From Candidatus Giovannonibacteria bacterium (GTDB lineage Bacteria; Patescibacteriota; Minisyncoccia; UBA11713; 2-01-FULL-45-33): a DNA stretch of 64,000 bases. Position numbers and translations under genes: made by a program. The stretch is taken from positions 4,638 to 68,637 of the forward strand of contig JACOXN010000008.1 in NCBI GenBank assembly GCA_016176295.1, written 5' to 3'. The notes beneath the pieces are model-generated. The model saw only the letters and a list, made by a program, of their open reading frames with translations, did no database searches and was not told where the DNA came from. This document shows, one piece after another, positions 49,632-59,212 of the stretch. How positions within the stretch are numbered: the stretch's first letter is position 1; the number at the start of each line of letters is the position of its first letter.

Positions 49632-51671
49632 TCATTTTATAGCATAAAGCGCGGATTCACCCGCGGAAAAAATAAGAGTTCCCAGTTCAGAAAATTTTGG
49701 CTCATTTAATCCCTGATAAGTCTGCCGTTCGAGATCTCCCACATAAACATATTCAATGCCATATTTATCAATTATGCCTTTTGCTTCATTTTTATCCGAA
49801 GTTTTATAAAACCTCTCAATATCAAGGGCAACGCCAGCCACAGCTCCCCACCCGGTCTCGATTTGGGCGCCCACAGGTGCTTTTTTTGCGGCTTTGGCAT
49901 CGAGCCGCCAAGTCCATTCGTGCGTTTTCCAGCCCATCGGAGTAATCATGCCGGTAAAAGTGGCGATGCGCGCGTAAGACGTGTAGCTGTCTCCGACCGC
50001 CTCGGCTATGACCGTTCTTTCTTCGAAATGATTGTTTATATATTCCACAGTTGCCATATCGCCGGGGCTTTCTTTTGCCATCCAACGTGAAGCATCGAGC
50101 TCAAAATCTCCGCTCCCGGCATAATATTGCCTCACCGCTTCAAAAGAATAAACCGCGCCTGCAACGACGGCAAGAAATGCCAGCGCGCTTGCGGCGATTT
50201 TTTTACCGCTGGATTTTTTACTTGGAGCTGCCCCTTTTAGTATCGCCAAAAACGACACAAAGACGACGGATAGCATCACCCAGGCATCGTAACCGAATTT
50301 AAAGGTCGTATTCGCGCGAAAATAAGGAGGGTTGGCAATGCTATAAATGTCGGCGACGAAAAATATCTCGGTTCCGACAAGAATACCCGCCGAAACTACG
50401 AGAAGCGCTGAAAGAAAAGTGTCGGCAAAAAGTTCTTTCCTTTTATAAATCAAAACCAGGACTGCGCCCGCCAAAAAGATACCCCACATTCCAAGAACCG
50501 CCATAAGCGGCGTCGGATACTGTACTCCGCTTAAATGGTGTAAGCGCACGAAACTCGGAGCAAAACCGAGACCCAATATCGGCGAAGAAAAATTCAGCAG
50601 ATTGGGCAGCATCAGCAGAAGAACCAAAATGAGCACGACTCCCCCAGCGGTAAACCACTTCCACGAATTTTTTATTGTTTTAATAACTACGACCGCAGCA
50701 AGCACGGAAGCGGCCGAGACAAGGTCCCATGGGTTTGCCATGCCGCTTGCGGCAAGCCCGCAAGCGAGCAAAATAATATTTAAAATAGCGGGTGCCCCGC
50801 TTTGCGCGAGAAAATAGATAAAAATAAGGTCCAATAAGAAAATCGGAAGAGCTACAAGATGAGCGTGGAGATTTCCTACGGTAAAACTATATGACGGAAT
50901 TTCATTGATGATATAGGAAGGAGTGTAGAGGCGCGTGGAGGAAGGATATGGGCAAACTCGCACCGGAGAAGAAAATAATCCGTTAAATACGCATCCGGAA
51001 AAAAAGAGCGTCCCTGCGGCGACCACCAAAAAAGCCGCCAGCAAACCGTATTTTTTAAATCCCGTCATGACATACGCCAAAAGCCCCGAAAGGACCGCGC
51101 TCTGGGTGAAAATCAAAGCCAGAGCAAAATTGTAGGTAAGCCCAAAAGAAATCCTGCCCAGGTTCGCGATGAGCCCCATTAAATATTGACCGAAATAATA
51201 ATAATTGACGAATTTCCCTGCGTACCACGGATCGATGAACGGGAAAAAATGAGTTTTTCCGGCCGCCTGAAGCAGCGCCATATCCATAAAATGTTCGGTT
51301 CCGTTGGCGGCCGGATTCCGGCTCCGGAGAAAAAGATAAAAAATGTACACAGCGAGCGACAGCGCCTCTATCCAAACTATCTCTTTCAGCCCTCCGCCTT
51401 TAAATATTCCGCCGCTCCATTTCCATATTGCGCCGATGCCCGCGAGCAGGAATAAAATAAATATTATCAAAAGGGTCTGATAGCTCTGGTAATCCAAAAA
51501 ACGTAAATAACTCGAGACCCAAACAATATAGGCAAATAAAATAAAACCAGTTAGTTTGGCGGCCCCCCAAGCCAAAGCGCGCTTGGACGTAAGCCGAGCG
51601 GTGAGCGGCAGCCCGACAGCCGCAAACAGGGAAAAAATAAAATAATATAGAAGCGCTGAAATAAATTCCAT
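49632..51671 (-). CDS. large polytopic membrane protein, DUF2298 / YYY-motif family (putative glycosyltransferase-like)
   Basis: 679 aa with more than 12 TM helices. The characteristic GKFVNYYYFGQYLMG is present. A GT2 gene lies immediately upstream. Confidence 0.65.
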   Translation of the reverse strand: MEFISALLYYFIFSLFAAVGLPLTARLTSKRALAWGAAKLTGFILFAYIVWVSSYLRFLDYQSYQTLLIIFILFLLAGIGAIWKWSGGIFKGGGLKEIVWIEALSLAVYIFYLFLRSRNPAANGTEHFMDMALLQAAGKTHFFPFIDPWYAGKFVNYYYFGQYLMGLIANLGRISFGLTYNFALALIFTQSAVLSGLLAYVMTGFKKYGLLAAFLVVAAGTLFFSGCVFNGLFSSPVRVCPYPSSTRLYTPSYIINEIPSYSFTVGNLHAHLVALPIFLLDLIFIYFLAQSGAPAILNIILLACGLAASGMANPWDLVSAASVLAAVVVIKTIKNSWKWFTAGGVVLILVLLLMLPNLLNFSSPILGLGFAPSFVRLHHLSGVQYPTPLMAVLGMWGIFLAGAVLVLIYKRKELFADTFLSALLVVSAGILVGTEIFFVADIYSIANPPYFRANTTFKFGYDAWVMLSVVFVSFLAILKGAAPSKKSSGKKIAASALAFLAVVAGAVYSFEAVRQYYAGSGDFELDASRWMAKESPGDMATVEYINNHFEERTVIAEAVGDSYTSYARIATFTGMITPMGWKTHEWTWRLDAKAAKKAPVGAQIETGWGAVAGVALDIERFYKTSDKNEAKGIIDKYGIEYVYVGDLERQTYQGLNEPKFSELGTLIFSAGESALYAIK

Positions 51672-51687
51672 TTTGATGTTCTACATA

Positions 51688-52383
51688 TTAACGCTTTCTC
51701 TTAAAACGCAGCAAGACCGCGCTCGTTCCTATCTCAACAACCGAACTTACAAGTTTCAGCTTTGATTCGCCGCGCTTTCTCGCTTCGAAAGTTATGCCCA
51801 CAGATGAAATAATATACCCGGCGTCCCTCGCTTTAAATAAAAATTCGAGATCGAACGACCACGGCGAAGGCCGTAAGGAAATTTTTTCCAAAATTTCCTT
51901 ACGGAAGACTTTGAGCCCGGCTTGCACATCCACGTCCAGCCCGCAAAGAACTCTGCCCACGAAAAAAGCGAAACCCCGGCTCAGCAATCTTCTCAAGAAA
52001 GGTTCATTCCTTTTTATTCTCCGCGCCACCACGATGTCAGCCTCCCCTTTCAGTATTTTTTCGGCCATTTCCGGAATAGCTTCCGGCGGATATTGGAGAT
52101 CGGCGTCTATCATTGCGATAACTTCCGAAGAAGAACGCGAAAAGCCTTCGAGCAGTGAAAATGCTTTGCCCGGCGAACCGACTTTTAACCAATATTTGAG
52201 CGGGTAACAGAGAGCGAGCTTTTCAATTTCGCGCACTGTTCCATCAGTCGAATGGTCGTCGATGAAAATAATTTTATAGAAAATGTCTGCTTTTTTCAGC
52301 GCCGCATCCATACGGGAAACTAGGCTTTGCACGTTCGCTTCTTCATTAAGAGTAGGGACGACTACCGAAATATTTTTTTTCAT
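51688..52383 (-). CDS. family 2 glycosyltransferase (polyprenol-phosphate sugar transferase-like)
   Basis: 231 aa with ISVVVPTLNEE, IFIDDHSTDGT and DADLQYPPE. Confidence 0.85.
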   Translation of the reverse strand: MKKNISVVVPTLNEEANVQSLVSRMDAALKKADIFYKIIFIDDHSTDGTVREIEKLALCYPLKYWLKVGSPGKAFSLLEGFSRSSSEVIAMIDADLQYPPEAIPEMAEKILKGEADIVVARRIKRNEPFLRRLLSRGFAFFVGRVLCGLDVDVQAGLKVFRKEILEKISLRPSPWSFDLEFLFKARDAGYIISSVGITFEARKRGESKLKLVSSVVEIGTSAVLLRFKRKR

Positions 52384-52531
52384 GGAATTTAGACAGGGGT
52401 CTCTTTAATTGTACTAAAAAGAGAGCACTGCACAACTCAAAAAAACCTGCTTGACTTTCGAACCCTAAACCGCGAAAGTAAATCAAAGTGCATTGAAAAT
52501 TTGGCAAAATTGCCGAAATTGGAGATACCGG

Positions 52532-53749
52532 ATGAACAAAAAAACTATTTTCCGCTTATCAGCGGCTTTCGGGCTGGTTTATTTCTTTTCTACAAACGGA
52601 ATGGCATCTTTGCCGGGGATTGCAGTAAACTTTCTCCTAAAAGAGACCCTGCAAATGACAGCCTCCCAGGCCGCCTACTTCGGCGCTGTTACGATGCTTG
52701 GCTGGGCCATAAAGCCGCTTTGGGGCGTAATATCCGACGCAGTACCGATATTCGGCTACAGAAGAAAACCGTATCTAATGCTTACTTCGCTCGTCGCCGC
52801 CGGGATTTGGTTCTGGCTTGGCCAAATTGAAATCTACACCGTGAGTATTCTCATTGCCTTATTCACCGTTTCATCTTTCATTTACGCCTTCAACGACGTT
52901 GTTACCGACGGCCTGATGGTACAGACCGGCAAACCGTACGGCATAACTGATAAATTCCAGTCAGTGCAATGGACGGCCGTTTACGCCGCTTCCATTATAA
53001 CCGGGCTCGCGGGAGGATGGGCCGCGGAAAATTTAAAATCGCAAACTATTTTTTCGGTCAACGCGGTTTTCCCGATTCTTGTAGTTGTTGCCATTTTTCT
53101 TTTGATAACCGAAGAAAAGTCGCAAGACCATAGGAAACAGCTCCGGGAGAGTCTGTCGGCACTTAAAGAAACGGTAAAAAACAAAACTATCTGGCTTATT
53201 GCTTTCTTTCTGTTTTTTTGGACATTCAGTCCTTCATTCGGAATGCCTTTTTTCTACTACTCTGTCGATGTTTTGAAATTCGATAAATTTTTCCTCGGAA
53301 TAGCAAGCGCGGTTGGCAGCGCTTCCTCAATGCTAGGCGCCATTCTTTACGGCAAATACGCCGGTAAATTTAAAATTAAGAAACTAATCAATTTCGCCAT
53401 ATTGTTCGGCGTAACCGCAACTCTTTTTTCGCTTATTTATTTTATACCTCTCATTGCCCGCAATCTTTGGCTGGCCAATGCCACCTATATTTCAAGCAAT
53501 GCAATACTGGGAGCTGTAGGCTCGTTTGTCACGCTTGCCATGCTCAACATGGCCGCAGTGATCTGCCCGAAGAACAGCGAAGGAACCACTTTCGCGGCTC
53601 TGACGTCGTTTTGGAACATCGGCGCGATGAGTTCGGCAGCCTTGGGCGGATGGCTCTTTGACCAAATCGGCCTCCAGCCACTCATCATTGTTTCGGCCGT
53701 GTTTACAGCCTTAACATGGCTCATCGTTCCCTATCTGAAACTGGAATAA
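52532..53749 (+). CDS. MFS transporter, folate-biopterin transporter (BT1)-like
   Basis: Start at MNKKTIFRL. 12 TM helices. WAIKPLWGVISDAVPIFGYRRKPY is the BT1 signature as I recall it. Confidence 0.65.
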   Translation: MNKKTIFRLSAAFGLVYFFSTNGMASLPGIAVNFLLKETLQMTASQAAYFGAVTMLGWAIKPLWGVISDAVPIFGYRRKPYLMLTSLVAAGIWFWLGQIEIYTVSILIALFTVSSFIYAFNDVVTDGLMVQTGKPYGITDKFQSVQWTAVYAASIITGLAGGWAAENLKSQTIFSVNAVFPILVVVAIFLLITEEKSQDHRKQLRESLSALKETVKNKTIWLIAFFLFFWTFSPSFGMPFFYYSVDVLKFDKFFLGIASAVGSASSMLGAILYGKYAGKFKIKKLINFAILFGVTATLFSLIYFIPLIARNLWLANATYISSNAILGAVGSFVTLAMLNMAAVICPKNSEGTTFAALTSFWNIGAMSSAALGGWLFDQIGLQPLIIVSAVFTALTWLIVPYLKLE

Positions 53750-53821
53750 AAAAGACAGCGCCCGTTTAACATCCGGGTGTTTTTATTTAATGCTATAATT
53801 CAGAAAAAGGAGTCCTTTGAA

Positions 53822-54436
53822 ATGCTACATAAAATTTTTATCTTACTTCTCGGCGCGCTTTTTTTAAATTCATGCGGCAAGCTTTCCATTAATCCCGCAC
53901 CTCTTCTCGCCCAAGAAAATTTTTCTTCGCCGTTAAACCTAATGTCTCCCCAAATAACCCAGTATAGGATCGGCGGGAAAAATGAATACTTTTGGGGATT
54001 TTTGAAAGAAAACAAAAATGTTTTATTCAGACTGGGAACAATTGACGGGTTTTTTCTGGAAGAAAACAAACGCGGATGCCTGAAATGGAGATTTGCCATC
54101 TACGCCCTTGGCGAAGACAAAGCGCGAGCCTCGGTCATAATGATTAACAGCAAAGTGTTTGAACGGCGCACCAGCTTTGGCTCCGGCTTGCTTTCCGGGC
54201 CTATGGAATACGGCGAAGCTGAAATCAGTTTCTTCTTTCTTTATGCAGACGAGCTCCTGCGGGAGTACAATGCCCTAAACTACGCCAATTTAAGATTTGG
54301 CAAAGAAATATTTCAGGAAGATATGATTTGGCAAGATTTCTACGAGCGGGAAAGAGAATGGACATTTAGAAAGCATTGCAGAGAGCCCTTAGAATGGACA
54401 AAGCCGGAAATGCTTAAAAAATTCCGCCCGGATTAG
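53822..54436 (+). CDS. hypothetical lipoprotein
   Basis: Start at MLHKIFILLLGALFLNSCGK (lipobox LNSC). No recognised domain. Confidence 0.55.
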   Translation: MLHKIFILLLGALFLNSCGKLSINPAPLLAQENFSSPLNLMSPQITQYRIGGKNEYFWGFLKENKNVLFRLGTIDGFFLEENKRGCLKWRFAIYALGEDKARASVIMINSKVFERRTSFGSGLLSGPMEYGEAEISFFFLYADELLREYNALNYANLRFGKEIFQEDMIWQDFYEREREWTFRKHCREPLEWTKPEMLKKFRPD

Positions 54437-54438
54437 CT

Positions 54439-54459
54439 GCTCCTTAAACGGAGCTTTTT
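54439..54459 (+). terminator. short terminator hairpin after the lipoprotein gene
   Basis: GCTCC-TTAAAC-GGAGC followed by TTTTTGTTTTT. Confidence 0.5.
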
Positions 54460-54651
54460 GTTTTTCTACAATTTTTCTTATAACTTTTTGTACGCATGCA
54501 GAAGAAGAAAATTACCAACACGAAATGTTGCTTTACTCATAAATTCATCGTCTGTCCATCTCCGCGTGCCCTCGAAGGGAATCGAAATTTGACGAACTGG
54601 ACAAAGCTATCCAGTCCTTGAACAATTTCTTAATTCATATAAAATAATAAC

Positions 54652-55272
54652 ATGCAGAAAATACCCCAAACTCAGATCGAAAAAATAAGCAGCTTAAGAA
54701 AGCATGGCTATAGTTTTCCGGAAATAAGCGCAGCTTTGTCTGTCCCCAAAACAACCGTCTTCAGATATGCCCAAAAAGTCCCTATTCAAGCACGTTACCT
54801 ACCCCGCTGGCTGGAGCGCCGAAACTCAAGCAAAATTATATCAGACAAACAATGGGCAGACGCAGAAACAAAAGCCATAAATTTAATTTATGAGACAAGC
54901 AATAAAGAACTCGCTATGTTTGGTGCCGCATTATATTGGGCGGAGGGATCAAAAAAAGATTTCAGTTTTTCCAACACTGATCCAGCGATGATAAAAGTTT
55001 TTTTGAATATTCTTAGAAAAATATACAAAGTAGCTGATGAAAATATTAAAATTTCCGTGAGAATTTACGAAGATTTGAATCGATCCGCTTGTCTTCGCTT
55101 TTGGACTGGAATAACAGGAATAAAGCTGGGTAAACATACGAGTATAAATATTTTAAAGGGTTCAAAAAAAGGGAAACTCCGATACGGAATGTGCAGAGTG
55201 AGAGTAAAAAAAGGTGGAATGCTTTTGAAAGAATTATGTGCTATTAATAATAGGGTAATCAATTTAGTGTAG
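54652..55272 (+). CDS. HTH + LAGLIDADG-like (homing-endonuclease-like) protein, paralog 2
   Basis: 206 aa. SLRKHGYSFPEISAALSVPKTTVFRYA (HTH) is followed by FGAALYWAEGSKKDFSFSNTDPAMIKVFLNILRKIY. Same architecture as 38466..39206. Confidence 0.5.
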   Translation: MQKIPQTQIEKISSLRKHGYSFPEISAALSVPKTTVFRYAQKVPIQARYLPRWLERRNSSKIISDKQWADAETKAINLIYETSNKELAMFGAALYWAEGSKKDFSFSNTDPAMIKVFLNILRKIYKVADENIKISVRIYEDLNRSACLRFWTGITGIKLGKHTSINILKGSKKGKLRYGMCRVRVKKGGMLLKELCAINNRVINLV

Positions 55273-55291
55273 ATTTTTAATCAGTGCTCAC

Positions 55292-55363
55292 GCCCTCGTA
55301 GTTCAATGGACAGAACAAGGGACTCCTAAGCCCTAGATACAGGTTCGATTCCTGTCGAGGGCA
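55292..55363 (+). tRNA. tRNA-Arg (anticodon CCT), no encoded CCA
   Basis: Acceptor GCCCTCG/CGAGGGC. D arm GTTC-AATGGACA-GAAC. Anticodon arm AGGGA-CTCCTAA-GCCCT (one A:G mismatch). T arm ACAGG-TTCGATT-CCTGT. Confidence 0.85.
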
Positions 55364-55414
55364 CTGGTAAAAAGTGGTATATTAAATGCATGGATCCCGT
55401 AGTAGAATTTTAAT

Positions 55415-56461
55415 ATGGGCTATCAAGAACAAATAATAAAAGTTATCGAAAATTCTCTGTCGGCGGTGGTTTCCATTGCCGCTTCCAAGGATGTGAAAGC
55501 AGTGCAGGAGGAAATGAAAAAAATGGGCATCAACCCGGCTCAGTTTTACGACAAGCTGATCTCCGAAGAAAAGGACGGAAAGATAACCGTATCTACCGGC
55601 TCCGGTTTTATCGTGGACCCTGCCGGAATAATTTTGACCAACAAACACGTCATCCAAGACAAGGACTCGATATACAAAGTGATAATCGGAAAGGACAGCT
55701 TTGATGTCGAAATTGTCGGAAAAGACCCTCTGGCCGATATCGCCATCCTCAAATTGTCCTCTCCTCCCCCGGGCCTCTCAAGCATCCCTCTAGGAGTTTC
55801 GAAGAGCATCAGATTGGGAGAAGCAGTCATAGCCATCGGCAACGCCTTGGGAGAATTTCAAAACACCGTTTCCACCGGCATTGTCTCCGGCCTATCCAGG
55901 TTCCTCTCCGCTGTCACCGATTCCGAAGGGCATCAGGAAAGACTGCGCGGGCTCATCCAGACCGACGCCGCCATCAATCCCGGGAACTCCGGAGGGCCGC
56001 TCCTTAATTTAAAGGGAGAAGTAATCGGCATCAACGCCGCCATAGTTTTCGGAGCGCAAAACATAGGTTTTGCAATTCCGATCGACCAGGCAAAAAAAGA
56101 TCTTATCGAATTAAAAGAAAAAGGGCATATCACTGCGCCATTTCTGGGAGTGAGATACCTGGTTCTGAATAAAGCCATCCAAAAGCATTTCAACATTCCG
56201 ATGGATAGGGGCGCGCTCATCGTGCGCGAAGGCCTCCCCGGAGACCACGCCGTGCTTCCCGGAAGCTCAGCCGACCTCGCCGGATTAAAAGAGCGCGACA
56301 TAATCCTCACCGCCAACGGTAAAGAAATAAATGAGAAAGAAACCCTGGAGGACCGCCTCGCAGAATGCGCCGTGGGCGACACCATGGAACTCGGAGTACA
56401 GAGGGGAAGCAAGAATTTTTCAGTGAAAGTTTTACTGGAAGACCGGGCGAAGTTTGCATAG
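55415..56461 (+). CDS. HtrA/DegP-family trypsin-like serine protease with PDZ domain
   Basis: 348 aa with GSGFIVDPAGIILTNKHV (His), DIAILK (Asp), GNSGGPLLN (Ser) and a C-terminal PDZ. Confidence 0.9.
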   Translation: MGYQEQIIKVIENSLSAVVSIAASKDVKAVQEEMKKMGINPAQFYDKLISEEKDGKITVSTGSGFIVDPAGIILTNKHVIQDKDSIYKVIIGKDSFDVEIVGKDPLADIAILKLSSPPPGLSSIPLGVSKSIRLGEAVIAIGNALGEFQNTVSTGIVSGLSRFLSAVTDSEGHQERLRGLIQTDAAINPGNSGGPLLNLKGEVIGINAAIVFGAQNIGFAIPIDQAKKDLIELKEKGHITAPFLGVRYLVLNKAIQKHFNIPMDRGALIVREGLPGDHAVLPGSSADLAGLKERDIILTANGKEINEKETLEDRLAECAVGDTMELGVQRGSKNFSVKVLLEDRAKFA

Positions 56462-56463
56462 CC

Positions 56464-56509
56464 AAAAACCAAAAATAAGAAAATCAAAATTTTCTTATTT
56501 TTGGTTTTT
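56464..56509. repeat. perfect 21-bp AT-rich inverted repeat with a 4-nt loop directly after the protease stop
   Basis: AAAAACCAAAAATAAGAAAAT-CAAA-ATTTTCTTATTTTTGGTTTTT. Confidence 0.9.
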
Positions 56510-56516
56510 CAAAAAA

Positions 56517-56543
56517 GACCCCCGCGCCTGCGGGGGTCTTTTT
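56517..56543 (+). terminator. strong rho-independent terminator
   Basis: GACCCCCGC-GCCT-GCGGGGGTC followed by TTTTT and preceded by AAAAAA (bidirectional). Confidence 0.8.
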
Positions 56544-56688
56544 ATTATTCTTCGCCTTCCAAGTCTTCTTCATCGGAGGCATCTTCTTCTTTTTCCTTCT
56601 CTTCGACGTCTTCGTCCATGATAGTGCTTAAATTAGCCGCTAATATTATTCCATCAGAGGATAAACCAAATCAAAATAAAATGCAAAT

Positions 56689-56718
56689 AAAAAAACCGGC
56701 TGCCGCAGCAACCGGTAA
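56689..56718 (-). terminator. terminator after purF
   Basis: Minus strand ACCGG-UUGCUGCGGCAG-CCGGU followed by UUUUUUU, 8 nt after the purF stop. Confidence 0.55.
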
Positions 56719-56725
56719 TGCTCAT

Positions 56726-58144
56726 TTACCAAACGCCCCAAATGGGTTCTTTGTTCTGGAAACAGCCGAAGCAATACTCTGCGGTATTTTTTTTGAAATG
56801 CCCCAGAACTTCTTCGAGGTCGTCGATGGAGGAATAGTGGAGATAGTCCAGGAAATTCGGCTCAAGTTCGAGCCGCACTTTTTCAACGTCCGTTTCTGTG
56901 CCGTGAGTATGCTTCGCGGCCAAAAGGTCTTCTCTAAAGTCTATGCCTTTGTCGCAGGGGCCAATGATAGGCGGGCAGCTCGAAACAAATCCTATCCAGA
57001 CGGCTCCGTGCTCTTTTAAAGCCCTGATAAGCCTGCGCGAGGAATTACCCCGCACCACCGAATCGTCCAGCACCCAGACCCTTTTACCGGCCACAAGTTC
57101 TCTGCGCAAACTAAGTTTTTTACGGAGAGCATTGTAACGGTTGTCCTGCGAAGACTGCGTGAAGCTTCTCACGATGTCCGTCGAGTGCCTTCTTATCAAA
57201 ACTTCCTCCAGGGGGCGCACCAATTCTTTAGCGAATCCCAGCCCGAAAAATTTTCCCGAGTCAGGAACGTAGGTCACGACGTCGCCTTCTTCCACAAGAT
57301 TTTTCAGCTTCCGCGCGGTAACTCGCCCCAATTGCTCCCTGAACTCTCCCACCGGCACTCCGAAAACTTTGGAAGCGGGGAAAGAAAAATAAATGAGCTC
57401 GAAAACGCAGCGCATCAGCCTCGGGGATGCCTCTGAAATTTTACGGCTTTCAAGCCCATCGGATGAAATTACCAGCATTTCGCCCGGTTCGACCTCGCGC
57501 AAAAATTTTCCGTCCACGACCTCAAATGATGAATTTTCCGACGCCACGACATATCCCTGCCCGTGCGAGCCCAGAACCAGCGGACGATTGCCGGAAGGGT
57601 CCCTTGCCGCTATGAGCTTAATGCCGGCGGCGCACTTTAAAAGTAAAATGACCGAGTATGTCCCTTTGTACCGGGAAAGACCTTTCTGAACGGCGGCCAC
57701 AGGGTCATCCTCTCCGGAAAGCGCGATGTATTTTAAGAGCAGCTCCGAATCGGAATCGGTTGAAAATACTGCCCCTTTTTTCAGAAGCTCGTCTTTCTGG
57801 GAAGCAAAGCTCGGGGTATCGCCGTTGTGTACCAAGTGCAGTTCGCCCCATGGCATGGAGGCCGAAAGCGGATGGGCATTTATGATCGAATCGCGGGCAC
57901 CCGCCGTTCCGTAACGCACGTGCCCCACTCCGGCGACAAAATCTTCCTGGGCCAGATTCGAGCAGTTCAATTTTCTGAAAAGCTCGCAGGTAAGGCCCAA
58001 AGACCTGTCCCCGCAAACTCCCCCGTCCTTATTCATCAACAGAAGACCGGAGCTCTGTTCTCCCCTATATTGCAAAGAAGCCATCAAGTCGTACAAAACG
58101 TCTGCGGACCTTTCAACGGAAAAAACTCCCGCAACTCCGCACAT
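56726..58144 (-). CDS. purF: amidophosphoribosyltransferase (class II glutamine amidotransferase + PRTase)
   Basis: 472 aa with the N-terminal nucleophile MCGVAGVF and the PRPP loop VWVLDDSVVRGNSS. Confidence 0.85.
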   Translation of the reverse strand: MCGVAGVFSVERSADVLYDLMASLQYRGEQSSGLLLMNKDGGVCGDRSLGLTCELFRKLNCSNLAQEDFVAGVGHVRYGTAGARDSIINAHPLSASMPWGELHLVHNGDTPSFASQKDELLKKGAVFSTDSDSELLLKYIALSGEDDPVAAVQKGLSRYKGTYSVILLLKCAAGIKLIAARDPSGNRPLVLGSHGQGYVVASENSSFEVVDGKFLREVEPGEMLVISSDGLESRKISEASPRLMRCVFELIYFSFPASKVFGVPVGEFREQLGRVTARKLKNLVEEGDVVTYVPDSGKFFGLGFAKELVRPLEEVLIRRHSTDIVRSFTQSSQDNRYNALRKKLSLRRELVAGKRVWVLDDSVVRGNSSRRLIRALKEHGAVWIGFVSSCPPIIGPCDKGIDFREDLLAAKHTHGTETDVEKVRLELEPNFLDYLHYSSIDDLEEVLGHFKKNTAEYCFGCFQNKEPIWGVW

Positions 58145-58177
58145 GGGTGTGTCCTTTCTTTAAGAAATTATCTGGGG

Positions 58178-59140
58178 TTATCTTACCTTGTCGGTGTACG
58201 GCCTGTAAAGCTCCTGGTCTATGGTCCGCTCAAAGCATATTTTTCCGGCTTCGTGACTCCAGCTCTCACTGATGCCTTCGCCGGCGGGATGCAGAGGCTT
58301 CGGCACGCTGTTTCTGATATTGTAGGAGTTCTCGTCGCTGGGCCTGGCAAATTCAGCGCAGAGGGCAAAAGAAAGTTTTGCTTTGTCGCGTATCATAAAT
58401 TCATACGCCTTTCCTTCCGGGTCGGTGGGCACCATATAACCGCTAATGGTATCATTTAATTCATTTAAATTCTCAGGCAGACGAGTCTTATTCATCCAGA
58501 AATTTAGTATCTGCGACTGGATGGTCTGCATATCAGACACGCGCTGGGCGTCATATTGTATGAGGCGCGCTTCTTTTGGCGAGCCCACAAAGAAAAATCC
58601 AGAAATTATTGACACCACAACCAGCGCCATCGCCAAATATCCAATATACGTTCCGTACCCGTCTCTACGGTTCTTCATTTCCAAAAAATAATACCCAAAC
58701 ACCAACCCCGACACCACAAATATCGTAAGTATCTTAAGGAGGAATGAAGACGTCCAATCACCTCCGAGCAGATTGTAGATAAGGGCCACAAGGTCCCCAA
58801 CCATTACCAACGCCGCAATAAAAAGCGTAAAATTAATAAGCCACCTTCTCACCCAAATTTCGCGCCGCGCCGGTTCCTTATTATACATCCTATTCAAAAA
58901 CCATACCGACCAGACAAACAGCGGAAAAACCACAAAGAGAGCCGAAATATTCCAACGAATGCTACTATAGGCCGATGTAATGCTGTAATAATTCACCGCG
59001 GGCGGAGGTATGAGAAGCGTGATGTATTGGAAAATAAGCGCAACAAAACTCCCCACGCTCACGTATAGCGCTATTATGGATAAAAGGTGCAAAAACACGT
59101 CCTTTGGTTCCGTTTTGTATTCTTTCGTAAGCATATTCAT
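58178..59140 (-). CDS. DUF5671-like polytopic membrane protein
   Basis: About 320 aa. N-terminal TM bundle (FLHLLSIIALYVSVGSF...) plus a C-terminal soluble region. The start is ambiguous (GTG 59155, ATG 59140 or 59134). Confidence 0.55.
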   Translation of the reverse strand: MNMLTKEYKTEPKDVFLHLLSIIALYVSVGSFVALIFQYITLLIPPPAVNYYSITSAYSSIRWNISALFVVFPLFVWSVWFLNRMYNKEPARREIWVRRWLINFTLFIAALVMVGDLVALIYNLLGGDWTSSFLLKILTIFVVSGLVFGYYFLEMKNRRDGYGTYIGYLAMALVVVSIISGFFFVGSPKEARLIQYDAQRVSDMQTIQSQILNFWMNKTRLPENLNELNDTISGYMVPTDPEGKAYEFMIRDKAKLSFALCAEFARPSDENSYNIRNSVPKPLHPAGEGISESWSHEAGKICFERTIDQELYRPYTDKVR

Positions 59141-59212
59141 ATAGACATTATACACGTTTTGTCTAAAAAATCATTAAGTGAAAATGAAGATTTTAAAAAA
59201 TAAAAAACGCCG

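Noticed and set aside
56547-56621. 24-aa highly acidic minus-strand mini-ORF (MDEDVEEKEKEEDASDEEDLEGEE) between purF and the htrA terminator
   Set aside because: It has no ribosome-binding site and is very short, and its composition is explained by a purine-rich spacer. There is insufficient evidence for a gene.
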